Of a DNA stretch of 32,935 nucleotides, positions 8,873 through 18,100 are shown one piece after another (within the stretch, counting starts at the first letter, position 1; each line of letters starts with the position of its first letter). A program made the translations under genes and the position numbers. Origin of the DNA: Chthoniobacterales bacterium (GTDB lineage: Bacteria > Verrucomicrobiota > Verrucomicrobiia > Chthoniobacterales > UBA10450). The DNA is taken from positions 1 to 32,935 of the forward strand of contig JBAQJG010000594.1 in the NCBI GenBank assembly GCA_049300145.1. The letters run 5' to 3'. Below the pieces are notes generated by a model. That model was not told the DNA's origin, ran no database searches, and worked only from the letters and a program-made list of their open reading frames with translations.

Positions 8873-8955
8873 AATTTGTAGCCGAGGTCGCTGACCTCGG
8901 TTCCGACTTCGCCGTGGCCGCGGTCGGCGACCAGCGGCTGCAGCGGGAGAAATTG
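8873..8955. repeat. REP-like palindromic element (AATTTGTAGCC...GGCTGCAG...AAATT)
   Basis: Local hairpin ccgaggtc-gct-gacctcgg at 8882-8900. The outer arm tgtagccgaggtcgc pairs imperfectly with gcgaccagcggctgca. Confidence 0.45.
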
Positions 8956-9016
8956 CGCGATTTAGACAAAATCCTTAGTTGGCGGCGTCTTGATCATAAA
9001 AGACCGTGAAAAGGTC

Positions 9017-9508
9017 ATGGACAATGTCGCCACTCATGAAGATTGGAAGGTTTGTTTTCCCCAGTTTGCTCCCGGTTTGCTCCTTTTCGCGCGGCAGTGG
9101 CTGCGCTCATCGGCTGACGCCGAAGACGTTGTTCAGGAAGCGTTCGTTCGCTTTTGGCGGCGCAATCATAACATTGAGAACCGCGCCCTGCTTTATGCTA
9201 CGGTGCGTTCGATCGCCCTCGATTTTGTCCGGCGCGATAGCCGGCGCGCCCGGCGCGAAGCAGATGCGTCTTCCGAAGCTGCTGGATCGGTCGAACCGCA
9301 GTTTGAACAGCTTGACGATTCGCAGCAGCCTCTGGCAATCGCACTCGATCGTCTTCCACTCGATCAACGCGAGGTGCTCGTCATGAAAATCTGGGATGAA
9401 TTGACTTTCGCGGAAATCGCAACGGCTCTCGGCATTTCGCAAAACACGGCGGCCTCGCGTTATCGCTACGCGCTAATCGCTTTGAAGAAAAGCTTGCAAC
9501 CGCAATGA
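9017..9508 (+). CDS. ECF-type RNA polymerase sigma-70 factor
   Basis: Region 2 is DAEDVVQEAFVRFWRR. Region 4 HTH is LPLDQREVLVMKIWDELTFAEIATALGISQNTAASRYRYAL. I prefer ATG 9017 to TTG 8990. Confidence 0.9.
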   Translation: MDNVATHEDWKVCFPQFAPGLLLFARQWLRSSADAEDVVQEAFVRFWRRNHNIENRALLYATVRSIALDFVRRDSRRARREADASSEAAGSVEPQFEQLDDSQQPLAIALDRLPLDQREVLVMKIWDELTFAEIATALGISQNTAASRYRYALIALKKSLQPQ

Positions 9509-10014
9509 ACGATTTTTCCGAACTCGAGAACGAGCTGAAGAAACTGCGACCCGCGCCGCCTTCACGGGAACTTTTTTTGCGGATTGAGCGTGCGCTTGTC
9601 GATATTACAAAGGAAACTGAATCCGCCGGTAACGTTGTCCGTCCCGATCGCTTCCGAGTCAATTGGGTCTCGCTCGGCCTCGGGCTGGCCGCGGCAGCGG
9701 TATTGCTGATCGTCGCCCGCATCGAGATCAATCGTCCGGCGAAACAAATCCCGGCGGTCGCGTCACTTACTCCAGCGCCGCGCGCCAAGCCCGGCGCGAT
9801 CAATAACCAGCTCGTGCCCGCCGGTTTCACCCAAGTTGTTTACAATACACGGGATGAAGGCTTGCACTTTGCCGATGGCTCGGACCAGCCAATGCGCCGC
9901 GTGCGCTATCAAACGCACGAGACATTGCAATGGCGTAACGCCGCCACGGGCGCCTCGCTGCGTGTTTCCTATCCGAGCGAACAAGTCGAGCTCATTCCCG
10001 TTTCCGGCCAATGA
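9505..10014 (+). CDS. Putative anti-sigma / sigma-associated single-pass membrane protein
   Basis: ATGA 4-nt overlap with the sigma gene. One TM helix (VSLGLGLAAAAVLLIVARI). No zinc-binding anti-sigma motif, so the role is inferred from position only. Confidence 0.55.
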   Translation: MNDFSELENELKKLRPAPPSRELFLRIERALVDITKETESAGNVVRPDRFRVNWVSLGLGLAAAAVLLIVARIEINRPAKQIPAVASLTPAPRAKPGAINNQLVPAGFTQVVYNTRDEGLHFADGSDQPMRRVRYQTHETLQWRNAATGASLRVSYPSEQVELIPVSGQ

Positions 10015-10042
10015 TTTTCGAAATTCAAACAACCAACAAACC

Positions 10043-11113
10043 ATGAACACAAGATCCATCGCTACCATCGCTGCCATCGCGCTCCTGCCCATTGCAGGCC
10101 TTGCGCAAACTCCACCTTCGCCACCCCCGTCGCCGGCTCCGCCGACCCCGCCGGATCGACATGAAAGAATGCCGAAGGTTCCGGTGACATTTCTCGGCGT
10201 CGACACATCCGAGGTTCCGAGCGTCGTCAGCGAACAGCTCGGTTTGGCAAAAGGCTTCGGCCTCGTAGTCGATTACGTTGTTCCCGACGGTCCGGCCGCA
10301 GTCGCGGGCGTGCAGCAAAACGACATCTTGAAAATGTTGAACGACCAGATTCTTACCGAACCGGATCAACTGGCAAAACTGGTGCGCAGTTATTCAGAAG
10401 GGACAAACGTCACGCTTACGGTATTGCGCAAAGGTCAGGAGCAGAAAATCACCGTCAAGTTAACGAAAAAGGAAGTGCCACAGCGCCACGAGTTCGGTCC
10501 GGGTCGTCATAGACACGAAGATTTCCCGTTCGGCGATTTCGGAATGAACGGCAACTTCAAAGAGCAAATGGAGAACTTGAAAGAGCAGTTGGGCGCTCAA
10601 AAGGGAATGATCCACGACGCCGTGGTGAAAGCTCGTGAAGAAGCGATGCGTGCGCGTGATCAGGCCCGCGAGCAAGCGAGGCGCGCAGTGGAAGAAGCGC
10701 GCCGCGCCGCCGGTCGATGGAACATCACAACCAATGAGGACGGCGGACTAAAGACGACCAAGATTGACATCGGCAAAGCGCAGATCGTTTTCTCTGATGA
10801 CAAAGGCGAGATGAAACTGGAGACCGTTGATGGGAAAAAATTGCTTACGGCGAAAGATCCGCAAGGCAAACTACTCTTCAGCGGTCCGGTCGAGACGAAG
10901 GAAGATATCGACAAAATCCCGGCCGAGGTTCGCCAGCGTTACGACAAGTTACAGGAAGAAGAATTGCGGGCAGTCGCGCCGCCGTCCGATACGAACGAAG
11001 ATGGTGATTCGGCCGACACAAATGATGATGACAATGAAACTCCGCCGATGGAACAGGTATCGAGGAATTCATTCCCGCGCGTCCCGTCGCTGTTCCGAAC
11101 CGTTCTGAGTTGA
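10043..11113 (+). CDS. Secreted PDZ domain protein with C-terminal coiled-coil / acidic tail
   Basis: Signal peptide MNTRSIATIAAIALLPIAGLAQ. PDZ region FLGVDTSEVPSVVSEQLGL..GLVVDYVVPDGPAAVAGVQQNDILKMLNDQIL..VTLTVLRKGQE. The track ORF start at 9836 overlaps the previous gene, so ATG 10043 is preferred. Confidence 0.8.
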   Translation: MNTRSIATIAAIALLPIAGLAQTPPSPPPSPAPPTPPDRHERMPKVPVTFLGVDTSEVPSVVSEQLGLAKGFGLVVDYVVPDGPAAVAGVQQNDILKMLNDQILTEPDQLAKLVRSYSEGTNVTLTVLRKGQEQKITVKLTKKEVPQRHEFGPGRHRHEDFPFGDFGMNGNFKEQMENLKEQLGAQKGMIHDAVVKAREEAMRARDQAREQARRAVEEARRAAGRWNITTNEDGGLKTTKIDIGKAQIVFSDDKGEMKLETVDGKKLLTAKDPQGKLLFSGPVETKEDIDKIPAEVRQRYDKLQEEELRAVAPPSDTNEDGDSADTNDDDNETPPMEQVSRNSFPRVPSLFRTVLS

Positions 11114-11216
11114 GGCAGAGACTCCGCCGAGCTTCTTAACCTGGCGAGCACCGAATGCCTTCGGAGCCCCGCCGCCGCTGGGTGGAGTTTTTTACAGTTA
11201 GTGACAGCTCACTGGG
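11015..11216 (+). repeat. Direct repeat copy 1 (last 31 codons of the PDZ gene + its terminator)
   Basis: Aligns with 14180-14388 at roughly 85-90% identity by eye. The offset is exactly 3165 nt through the coding part. Confidence 0.85.
11121..11193 (+). terminator. Structured intrinsic terminator after the PDZ gene
   Basis: Closing stem actccgcc / ggtggagt (8 bp, one G-U pair). Inner hairpin ccgaa-tgcc-ttcgg at 11151-11164. Followed by TTTTTT at 11188-11193. Confidence 0.6.
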
Positions 11217-11309
11217 ACTCACCGTGCTAAAGAGCACTCTCGCTCCAACACCAAACACGGCCTGAAATCAACACAGTTACTCCAGCTTCAGTAACTGCGT
11301 GCGTTGCTA

Positions 11310-13904
11310 TTACGGACACGGTCCGACCCTCGCAGTCCCACTAAGGCCACCGGTGTAATTCGCCCCTCCGCCTCCGGTCGCTCCGCCCGTAACGAAAGCC
11401 TTGAAGCTCTCGGGCGTACCTGCATGATCCGAATTTTGGTATTGGCTCGCCGTGCCATCGTCCACGGGTTTGACTCCGAGCACATTGTAATTGGAGCTGA
11501 AGGTCCTGTAAAGAGCCGCCGCCCACTGCCAGTTCAAACTCACACCAGGCGTGTCGATGGTAACCGTTCCACTCCACGTGACGTTGCTTATTCCTCCGGG
11601 CAGATTTGCCGGTACCTGATAACTAAGACCTGAAAGGAACGTGTTACCCGCTAAGCCTGATGACGGCGCACGTGTCACCCACATCCCGCCGCTAAACGTC
11701 GTCGTAGCCGTAGTTGCCGTAGGATCAAAAGTCACAGTGGCATCTGGCACGGAAAGCGTAAAATTTGCGCTGGTAATAGTCTGTTGGGTGAAACGAATTG
11801 TTACCGGAGTTGAAACGAGGCCGCTCGGCTTGAGCACACCGCTAAACCAGAGGTAATTGCCGCCAATGATGGCTTTGCCATTAAAGTTTGACGCGATCGA
11901 GGTCGTAATTTGACAGCCCGGTGTCGGCGTGGGCGTGGGAGTGGGCGTGGGAGTGGGAGTGGGAGTGGGAGTGGGAGTGGGAGTGGGAGTGGGACTTGTA
12001 ACGGGGACCTTTGCTACAAAGGCATCATATGGGCCGCCGGTAAAAGCACGGATGGGTGAACCCCAGGTGGCATCGCTCCAGCCTGACACACCGACATCCC
12101 CATTGGCATCCACCGCCACTCCGAAGCAGAAATCACTCTGCTCGCTACCAAGAAACGTATTCCAAGTGAGCGCTCCGCTTGGATCCAGCTTCGCGGCAAA
12201 AACGTCAAGGCCCCCGATGAAGCCGTTGGTAGGTGTACCCCAGGTCGCTGCGCTGTAGCCGCCCACGTAAACATTTCCGCTGACATCCAGTGCCACCCCG
12301 GTGCCAAAGTCAAACGCTGCGCTGCCAAGAAACGTATTCCAAATGAGCGCTCCGCCTGAATCCAGTTTTGCGGCGAAAGCGTCAAAGTCCCCGCTGTAAG
12401 CGCGGACAGGTGTGCCCCAGGTCGCCCTGCTGTAGCCTGCCGCAAAGAGATTCCCGCTGACATCCAGTGCCAAAGCCCAGCAAGTGTCTTCCACACCGCC
12501 GCCGAGAAAAGTATTCCACGTTAGCGTCCCGCTGGAATCTAATTTGGCGATAAAAGCGGCTCTGCCACCGCTGAAGGCGCTGATGGGCGAACCCCAGGCA
12601 GCATCGCTGCTGCCCCCTACATAGACGTTCCCGGTTATATCCACCACCACCGTGTAGGCGTAATCAGTCCCACTGCCACCGAGAAAGGTGCTCCAGATCA
12701 GATTCCCGGTTGAATCCAGTTTCGCGGCAAAGGCATCCTGAGGGCCGGCGCTGTAAGGGCGAATGGGTGAACCCCAGGTGGTAGGGCTGTAGCCCGCCAC
12801 ATAGACATTGCCCGCTAAGTCTACTGCCACCGCACGGCCAGTCTCGAACGCGGGCCCATCGCCGAGAAAAGTGTTCCAGATCAGATTCCCGTTTGAATCC
12901 AGTTTCGCGGCAAAGATATCAATCCCCCCGGCGAAAGCGTGAACAGGTGAGCCCCAGGTAGCATTGCTCAAGCCGGTCACATAGACATTCCCAACCAAAT
13001 CTACTGCCAGCCCGTAGCCCTCGGCCGCTGCGCCGCCGCCGAGAAAGGTGTTCCAGATCAGATTCCCGTTTGAATCTAGTTTGGCGGCAAAAGCGTCAGC
13101 GTTGCCGCCATCGTAAGCCCGGACGGGCGAGCCCCAGGGAGCAAGGCTGAAACCGGCCACATAAAAATTCCCAACTGCATCCACTACCAACCCGTAAGCC
13201 TCATCAACCCCTGTGCCGCCGAGAAAGGTATTCCAGGTAAGGGTCGGGTCGATGAAGAGCGGCTGGCTCCGGTCGTACTCGCCCAACGCGAACGTAAGCT
13301 CAACGTTACCGCGCGGTGCGAATGCAATCCGCACAGGCACACGTTTTCCATCGCGCTCTTGCCATGCTTGCGGCGCGCTCTCGTTCACCGTGCCGGTTTG
13401 GAAGCTGACGCGCAGCGACCCATCGTTCTGAACTGCGACCGGTGCGTTGTAACGCAGACGAATGTTGCCCGCATTTGCGTGCGCCTCAAGTCGATAGGTG
13501 CTGCGAACAAGCGCGCCACGGGGCGCGTCGTAGATCAATGTGACACCATCCCAGAGATTCGGGTAGGTGACCCGTGATAACGGCGCCACGCGTTGCGCGT
13601 TGCCCGGCATACCATCTCCGGTCGCGGCATCACTGAGCGGATTTGTCGGGCGCGGGTTGACAAACTCGACATGCAGCGCGTGCGAACCGCCGGCGACATA
13701 GACACCGCCTGAGGCGAAGCCGAGAATGTGTCCGCCTGACGCAAATTGAAGAAGCTGGTTGGGACCGGTCCGATGTATCGGTTTGCCAGCTTCATGTTGC
13801 CGGACCACAAAGAAGGCAAGGGCGAGGATAATCGGAAGCCACAGCAGGTTTAGAAACAACAGGCGAAAGGGCATCCCTGCGATTCTGTTTTGTAGTTTGT
13901 TCAT
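11310..13904 (-). CDS. SBBP (beta-propeller) repeat protein with N-terminal anchor, Pro-Thr linker and unassigned C-terminal domain
   Basis: 864 aa. Seven tandem repeats of about 60 aa with the pattern WNTFLGG..D.G.GVAVD..GNVYV.GYS...WG.P...[13 protein letters not shown]. Then (TP)n, then a 210-aa C-terminal domain bounded by Cys residues (GCQIT...GPCP). Confidence 0.85.
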   Translation of the reverse strand: MNKLQNRIAGMPFRLLFLNLLWLPIILALAFFVVRQHEAGKPIHRTGPNQLLQFASGGHILGFASGGVYVAGGSHALHVEFVNPRPTNPLSDAATGDGMPGNAQRVAPLSRVTYPNLWDGVTLIYDAPRGALVRSTYRLEAHANAGNIRLRYNAPVAVQNDGSLRVSFQTGTVNESAPQAWQERDGKRVPVRIAFAPRGNVELTFALGEYDRSQPLFIDPTLTWNTFLGGTGVDEAYGLVVDAVGNFYVAGFSLAPWGSPVRAYDGGNADAFAAKLDSNGNLIWNTFLGGGAAAEGYGLAVDLVGNVYVTGLSNATWGSPVHAFAGGIDIFAAKLDSNGNLIWNTFLGDGPAFETGRAVAVDLAGNVYVAGYSPTTWGSPIRPYSAGPQDAFAAKLDSTGNLIWSTFLGGSGTDYAYTVVVDITGNVYVGGSSDAAWGSPISAFSGGRAAFIAKLDSSGTLTWNTFLGGGVEDTCWALALDVSGNLFAAGYSRATWGTPVRAYSGDFDAFAAKLDSGGALIWNTFLGSAAFDFGTGVALDVSGNVYVGGYSAATWGTPTNGFIGGLDVFAAKLDPSGALTWNTFLGSEQSDFCFGVAVDANGDVGVSGWSDATWGSPIRAFTGGPYDAFVAKVPVTSPTPTPTPTPTPTPTPTPTPTPTPTPGCQITTSIASNFNGKAIIGGNYLWFSGVLKPSGLVSTPVTIRFTQQTITSANFTLSVPDATVTFDPTATTATTTFSGGMWVTRAPSSGLAGNTFLSGLSYQVPANLPGGISNVTWSGTVTIDTPGVSLNWQWAAALYRTFSSNYNVLGVKPVDDGTASQYQNSDHAGTPESFKAFVTGGATGGGGANYTGGLSGTARVGPCP
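11920..11995. repeat. Hexanucleotide microsatellite (GGAGTG/GGCGTG)n encoding the (Thr-Pro)n linker
   Basis: 11 consecutive GGNGTG hexamers at 11926-11991, including 7 perfect GGAGTG units at 11950-11991. In frame within the SBBP gene. Confidence 0.9.
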
Positions 13905-14179
13905 AGGTTTTTCTTCTTCGCTTTAACGATGCCCGCCCGGCGAACACGATTGAATTTCTTTCCGAGGCTGCGCGGCCTCTCCACACCGAGTCGTAGAAAG
14001 ATGAATTGCTTCTGGCAAGCAAATTATCGCTTGAGTCTGCAAATAGTGACGAATGACAAAATTCTCGCTGTCTTTTCTCGCCACTCATCACCTGTCACTT
14101 TTTCGCCTGACTCTCCCCGACTTTCTCTCGCTATCGCAAGCCGCCGCTCTCTAATAACGCTGCGAGCAAGGGTTGACGT

Positions 14180-14278
14180 GACACAAATGATGATGACAAT
14201 GAAACGCCGCCGATGGAACAGGTATCGACGAATTCATTCCCGCGGGTCCCGCCACTGTTCCGAACCGTTCCGAGTTGA
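14180..14278 (+). pseudogene. Orphan 3' fragment of a PDZ-protein gene (31 codons + stop, no upstream coding sequence)
   Basis: Translates in the copy-1 frame as ..TNDDDNETPPMEQVSTNSFPRVPPLFRTVPS*, against TNDDDNETPPMEQVSRNSFPRVPSLFRTVLS* in the intact gene. The sequence upstream of 14180 is unrelated. Confidence 0.7.
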
Positions 14279-14388
14279 GGCAGAGACTCCGCCGACCTTC
14301 TTAACCTGGCCAGCCCCGAATGCTTTCGGGACCCCGCAGCCGCGGGCCGCTCGGGGGAGTTTTTTGCAGTTAGTGACAGCTCAGTGGA
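14180..14388 (+). repeat. Direct repeat copy 2 (orphan copy of the PDZ gene 3' end + terminator)
   Basis: gacacaaatgatgatgacaatgaaac...gagttttttgcagttagtgacagctca matches 11015-11216. The terminator stem and T-run are retained at 14286-14365. Confidence 0.85.
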
Positions 14389-14558
14389 ACCACGGCACCA
14401 GTCCCAGTGTGACCCGGATTCGGGTCGTAGCCTCTCGCGCGATTCTGGGAAGGCATTGTTTTCAGCTGCAACGGCGTGAGCCCGAATGTTGACGTGACGT
14501 CACAAACGCCCCGGTCTCAGCGTGCTTTGAACTGCAGTATTCCCCGAGCACGCCGCCT

Positions 14559-15089
14559 TTAACGGCCCAGGCTCCCCGCGCTGGGAGCCTGTCGTTGCAG
14601 CTGTTCGCCGCTGGCACTGTCCACAGGCTGGGAGCCTGCCGCGGGGCCGCCATTGTCGTCGACTTCGACCCAGCGACCCCCCATATGGGTCCCGGTTTTC
14701 GGCGGCATCCACACCATGTGTTTTCCCTTCTTCACGGACCCGGATGTTTGCGAGGTGGAAGCTGGCTTGAGATCAAAATTCAACTCTGTCGGCGCAGCGA
14801 GCTTGGTCTTGGTATTTGTGATCGAAGCTTTTACCGCCCCATTGATAATTAACGTGACCCGATACGTGCCTGCGGGTAAAGCGTCTGAAATGTAGTGACC
14901 ACTCGCATCCGTTTTCACTGTCTTAAACAGTTTGCTTCCGTCTTTCGCCTCGATCCGAACGTCAGCACCCTTGACTGGTTGTCCCTTAGGATCCTTGACG
15001 ATCCCCTGAATAACCGCGTTCCCGGCCCATGCAGTTGCAGCAAAAACAGCCAACCCGATAAAAGCGATCTGAAGGGACTTGATAAACAT
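14559..15089 (-). CDS. Secreted carboxypeptidase-regulatory-like (CarboxypepD_reg) domain protein
   Basis: Signal peptide MFIKSLQIAFIGLAVFAATAWA. Then IQGIVKDPKGQPVKGADVRIEAKDGS..TDASGHYISDALPAGTYRV, typical of the Ig-like CarboxypepD_reg fold. I prefer ATG 15089 to GTG 15107. Confidence 0.7.
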   Translation of the reverse strand: MFIKSLQIAFIGLAVFAATAWAGNAVIQGIVKDPKGQPVKGADVRIEAKDGSKLFKTVKTDASGHYISDALPAGTYRVTLIINGAVKASITNTKTKLAAPTELNFDLKPASTSQTSGSVKKGKHMVWMPPKTGTHMGGRWVEVDDNGGPAAGSQPVDSASGEQLQRQAPSAGSLGR

Positions 15090-15152
15090 ATTCAACGAGG
15101 CTAACACGCGAGCGGACTAACTCGCAACCTTTAATTGAGTCACTGCGCAGCT

Positions 15153-18100
15153 CTATTTATAGTATGGCCGCAACGACGGGCGTATCTTTCCGACTCTAAG
15201 AGCCGTTTCAAGCTCCGAATCAGAAACGCAATCGTCGAGAAGTTTACGAACGTTTTCTGCCTCTAGCGCCGCAATCGGCAGCCCTGCCCGGAACAGCAGG
15301 CGGTTTCTAGTAAAGGCAACAATCCTTGGCCCTGGGGTGAGAATGCCTTGTAAATTCAGTGGATCTGCAGCGCTCAGTGCAAGCAGTTCGTATTTTGGCG
15401 ACGTTTTGCGCACGGATCGCAACAAGCCGATGGCTTCCGGCAAGGCAAATTGTTCGCCATTTACGCCACCAACAAAATAACCGCCGCGAATCTCGCCGCG
15501 CGCTTCCCACCGGCGATAAATTCGTCCCAATTCGTACCACGTAACAGCGAAACTCTCGCGTTCCAGCAAGCGGCGAAACACAACCCCGTAACGGCGGAGC
15601 AATAACCGGGCAAATTTCTCCACCGCAGCGTCGCGTAAAGACACTCCTGCCCCGTTTGAGGACGGTTGTAAGCCGGATTTGCCTGACGTTCTCAGCAAAG
15701 ACCAGCGGCCGGCGAATTCGATATTCGCGATATTGGTTTTGCGGCGGCGTTTGCCCTGATTGCGTCCAAATGTCGGCCGCTTATTCGATGGAACCAAAAG
15801 GGCGCGCAACCCATCGAAACTATCGGATGTGACAAAACCGAGCGCTGCCAGTTGAGACAAGGCTTCTTCGACTTGCGACGGAAGCAAACCACTTCGCTGC
15901 GCCAGCTCGCCGAAGAAGAGCGCGCCCCCGTCTGCCAATGCGTCCAGCACAGTTTTACTACTGGCCGAGAGTTCCATTTCTGCATTTTTCTCAGTCAATA
16001 GTAGCCAGTCTTGAAGATTTTCTCGCTGATAGAGCGAGATAGGACTTGTTCGCAACGGCGTGGCTGTATGCGCGCAAGGATTTTGCGGCGAGCTTAAACG
16101 GCCCCACCCGACGCGACCAGAAAAGCAAAGGCGATCGAGCCATTCCGGATCGTACTCCGCAACGCGCGCAGGTAGAACAGCCGACTCCCATGCCGCCAGC
16201 GGAAGTTCGCATCCATCAAGTTGCTCCAGAACTGACTGCAAGCCTTCCGGACCTTCAACTCGATGTTCGGCGTCAGCGCGCTGCCACGAAAAAAGAAAAC
16301 GATAAAAATCCTGTGGCGAGACCGGCTGAATCTCGGCGCGCAGCCGATCAATTGTGCGCCGATGAATCCTGGCGAGCAACCGGCGATCGCACCATTCTTG
16401 TTCTTTCGCCGCCGGATTGAATTTCCCGCGGAGAAGGAATCCTTCCGCTTCAAGGGCAAGCAATGCCGCATCGATCTCAGAACTGGTAAGGCTTAGATTT
16501 TCTGTGAGTTCACCGGCAGACACCGGTCCGCAGGCTTCCATTCGCCCACGAATCAATTCCCGAATCGCGTCCGGGCGTTCCCATTTTTGGTGACGAACAG
16601 ACTCAGGCGCGACGAGGTCAGGCTCGCGCACCGCATCTAGATAAATCGTCTGCAACATCGGCAAACGCTCGACGGCAACCCAAAACGCTTTATCTGCGAA
16701 GGTCAGTCTCATCGCTCGACCAGCGCCCACAAGATCCCTGACCAGTTGCTCGGCGGCCGCGCCGTTTTCTTCGGTGTGAATCGTAACTGTTCGCCGTGTC
16801 TCTTCTTCAGTCATGACGCCGAGCAACATCAATGCGTCATGCAATTCATCTGCATTCGTCGCACCCGGCCACGCTTCCCACTGCACCTTCTCAATGGCGG
16901 CCGAATCCAAAATTCCAAGTCCGTCGCTGCTCCCGCCGGCGCGGGATTCCGAAGCTCGACGAGTATAAACAGCTTGAGTGCGCCTCTCCTCGAGCGGCGC
17001 GTTGTCCAGGAATGCGTAAGGCCGGGCGTTCAGAATTTCCGCCGCCAGCGGTGATGGCTCCGGCAGATCCCGAGCGATGCAGCGAATCTCGCCCTGCTCA
17101 ATCTTACGCAAAACTTCTTCCAAACCGTCGATGTCCATCGCTTCGGTCAAACAATCGTCAATCGTCTGCTTGACCAGCGGATGATCTGGAATCTCGCGGT
17201 CGCCAACAATGTGTTCGAGACAAGCGAGCTGGTCCGGAAACACTGCGGCGAGAAGGTTTTCAGATTCCATTCGCTGCAACGGCGCTGCGATTTTTGCACC
17301 TCCACGAAAACGCGGCACGGCCAGCGAGCGCGTTGCGTTCCAGCGCCAACGGATGGTGAACATCGGCGCATCGAGCAACGCTTGGACGAGAAGATCGCGA
17401 ACTGTTTTGGAATTCAGGTAGCGAAAGACTTCCTCGAGCGGGAACGAATGTTGTGTACCAAGCGAAATTACAATCGAATCATCGGTGGCTGCTGCTTGCA
17501 GTTCGAAATTGAAAGATCGGCAAAAACGCTTCCGCAAGGCCAGACCCCAGGCTCGGTTAATTCGATTCCCGAATGGCGAATGGAGAACCAGTTGCATTCC
17601 GCCTGATTCATCAAAGAAACGCTCTATGATAAGCGTGTCCTGTGAAGGAAGTGCGCCCAAAGCGCGAAAACTATCTGCAAAGTAATCGGCAACTTGCTGA
17701 GCGGCTTCGACGGACAATTCAATTTCCCGAGCTAACCATTCAGAGACATTTTTGCCTTCAGCCAGAAGATTTTCGATCTCAACGCGCAAACTAGATAGGG
17801 ATTGTGACAACTCGGATGTGCGCGCCGGCGCTTCACCCAGCCAAAACGGAATCCCTGGTGGCTGGCCTTTCGCGTCTTCGACTCGAACGACGCCCGAATT
17901 CACCCGAAGAATTCGCCATGAAGAATTGCCAAGTTGGAAGATGTCGCCCGCCAGACTTTCCACGGCGAAATCCTCGTTAACTGTTCCAACAAAAGTCTCC
18001 GATGGTTCGAGGATCACTCGATAATCGGCATTGCCGGGAATTGCGCCGCCGGAAGTTAGCGCAACCAACCGAGCGCCACGTCGTGCGTGCAACCGACGGT

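Noticed and set aside
9836-10042. Long N-terminal extension of the PDZ protein ORF (track start at 9836)
   Set aside because: It overlaps the anti-sigma-like gene by about 180 nt and is Cys/Arg-rich. A clean signal peptide begins at ATG 10043.
11920-11995. Possible CRISPR-like or non-coding tandem repeat
   Set aside because: The units are 6 bp with no spacers and lie in frame inside the SBBP gene, where they encode a (Thr-Pro)n linker. This is a coding microsatellite, not a CRISPR array.
13929-14492. 187-aa plus-strand ORF from the track
   Set aside because: It reads out of frame through the orphan duplicated segment (..TQMMMTMKRRRWNRYRRIHSRGSRH..). Its composition is Arg/Ser-rich and it crosses a terminator. 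The homologous frame is only the 31-codon gene-end relic.
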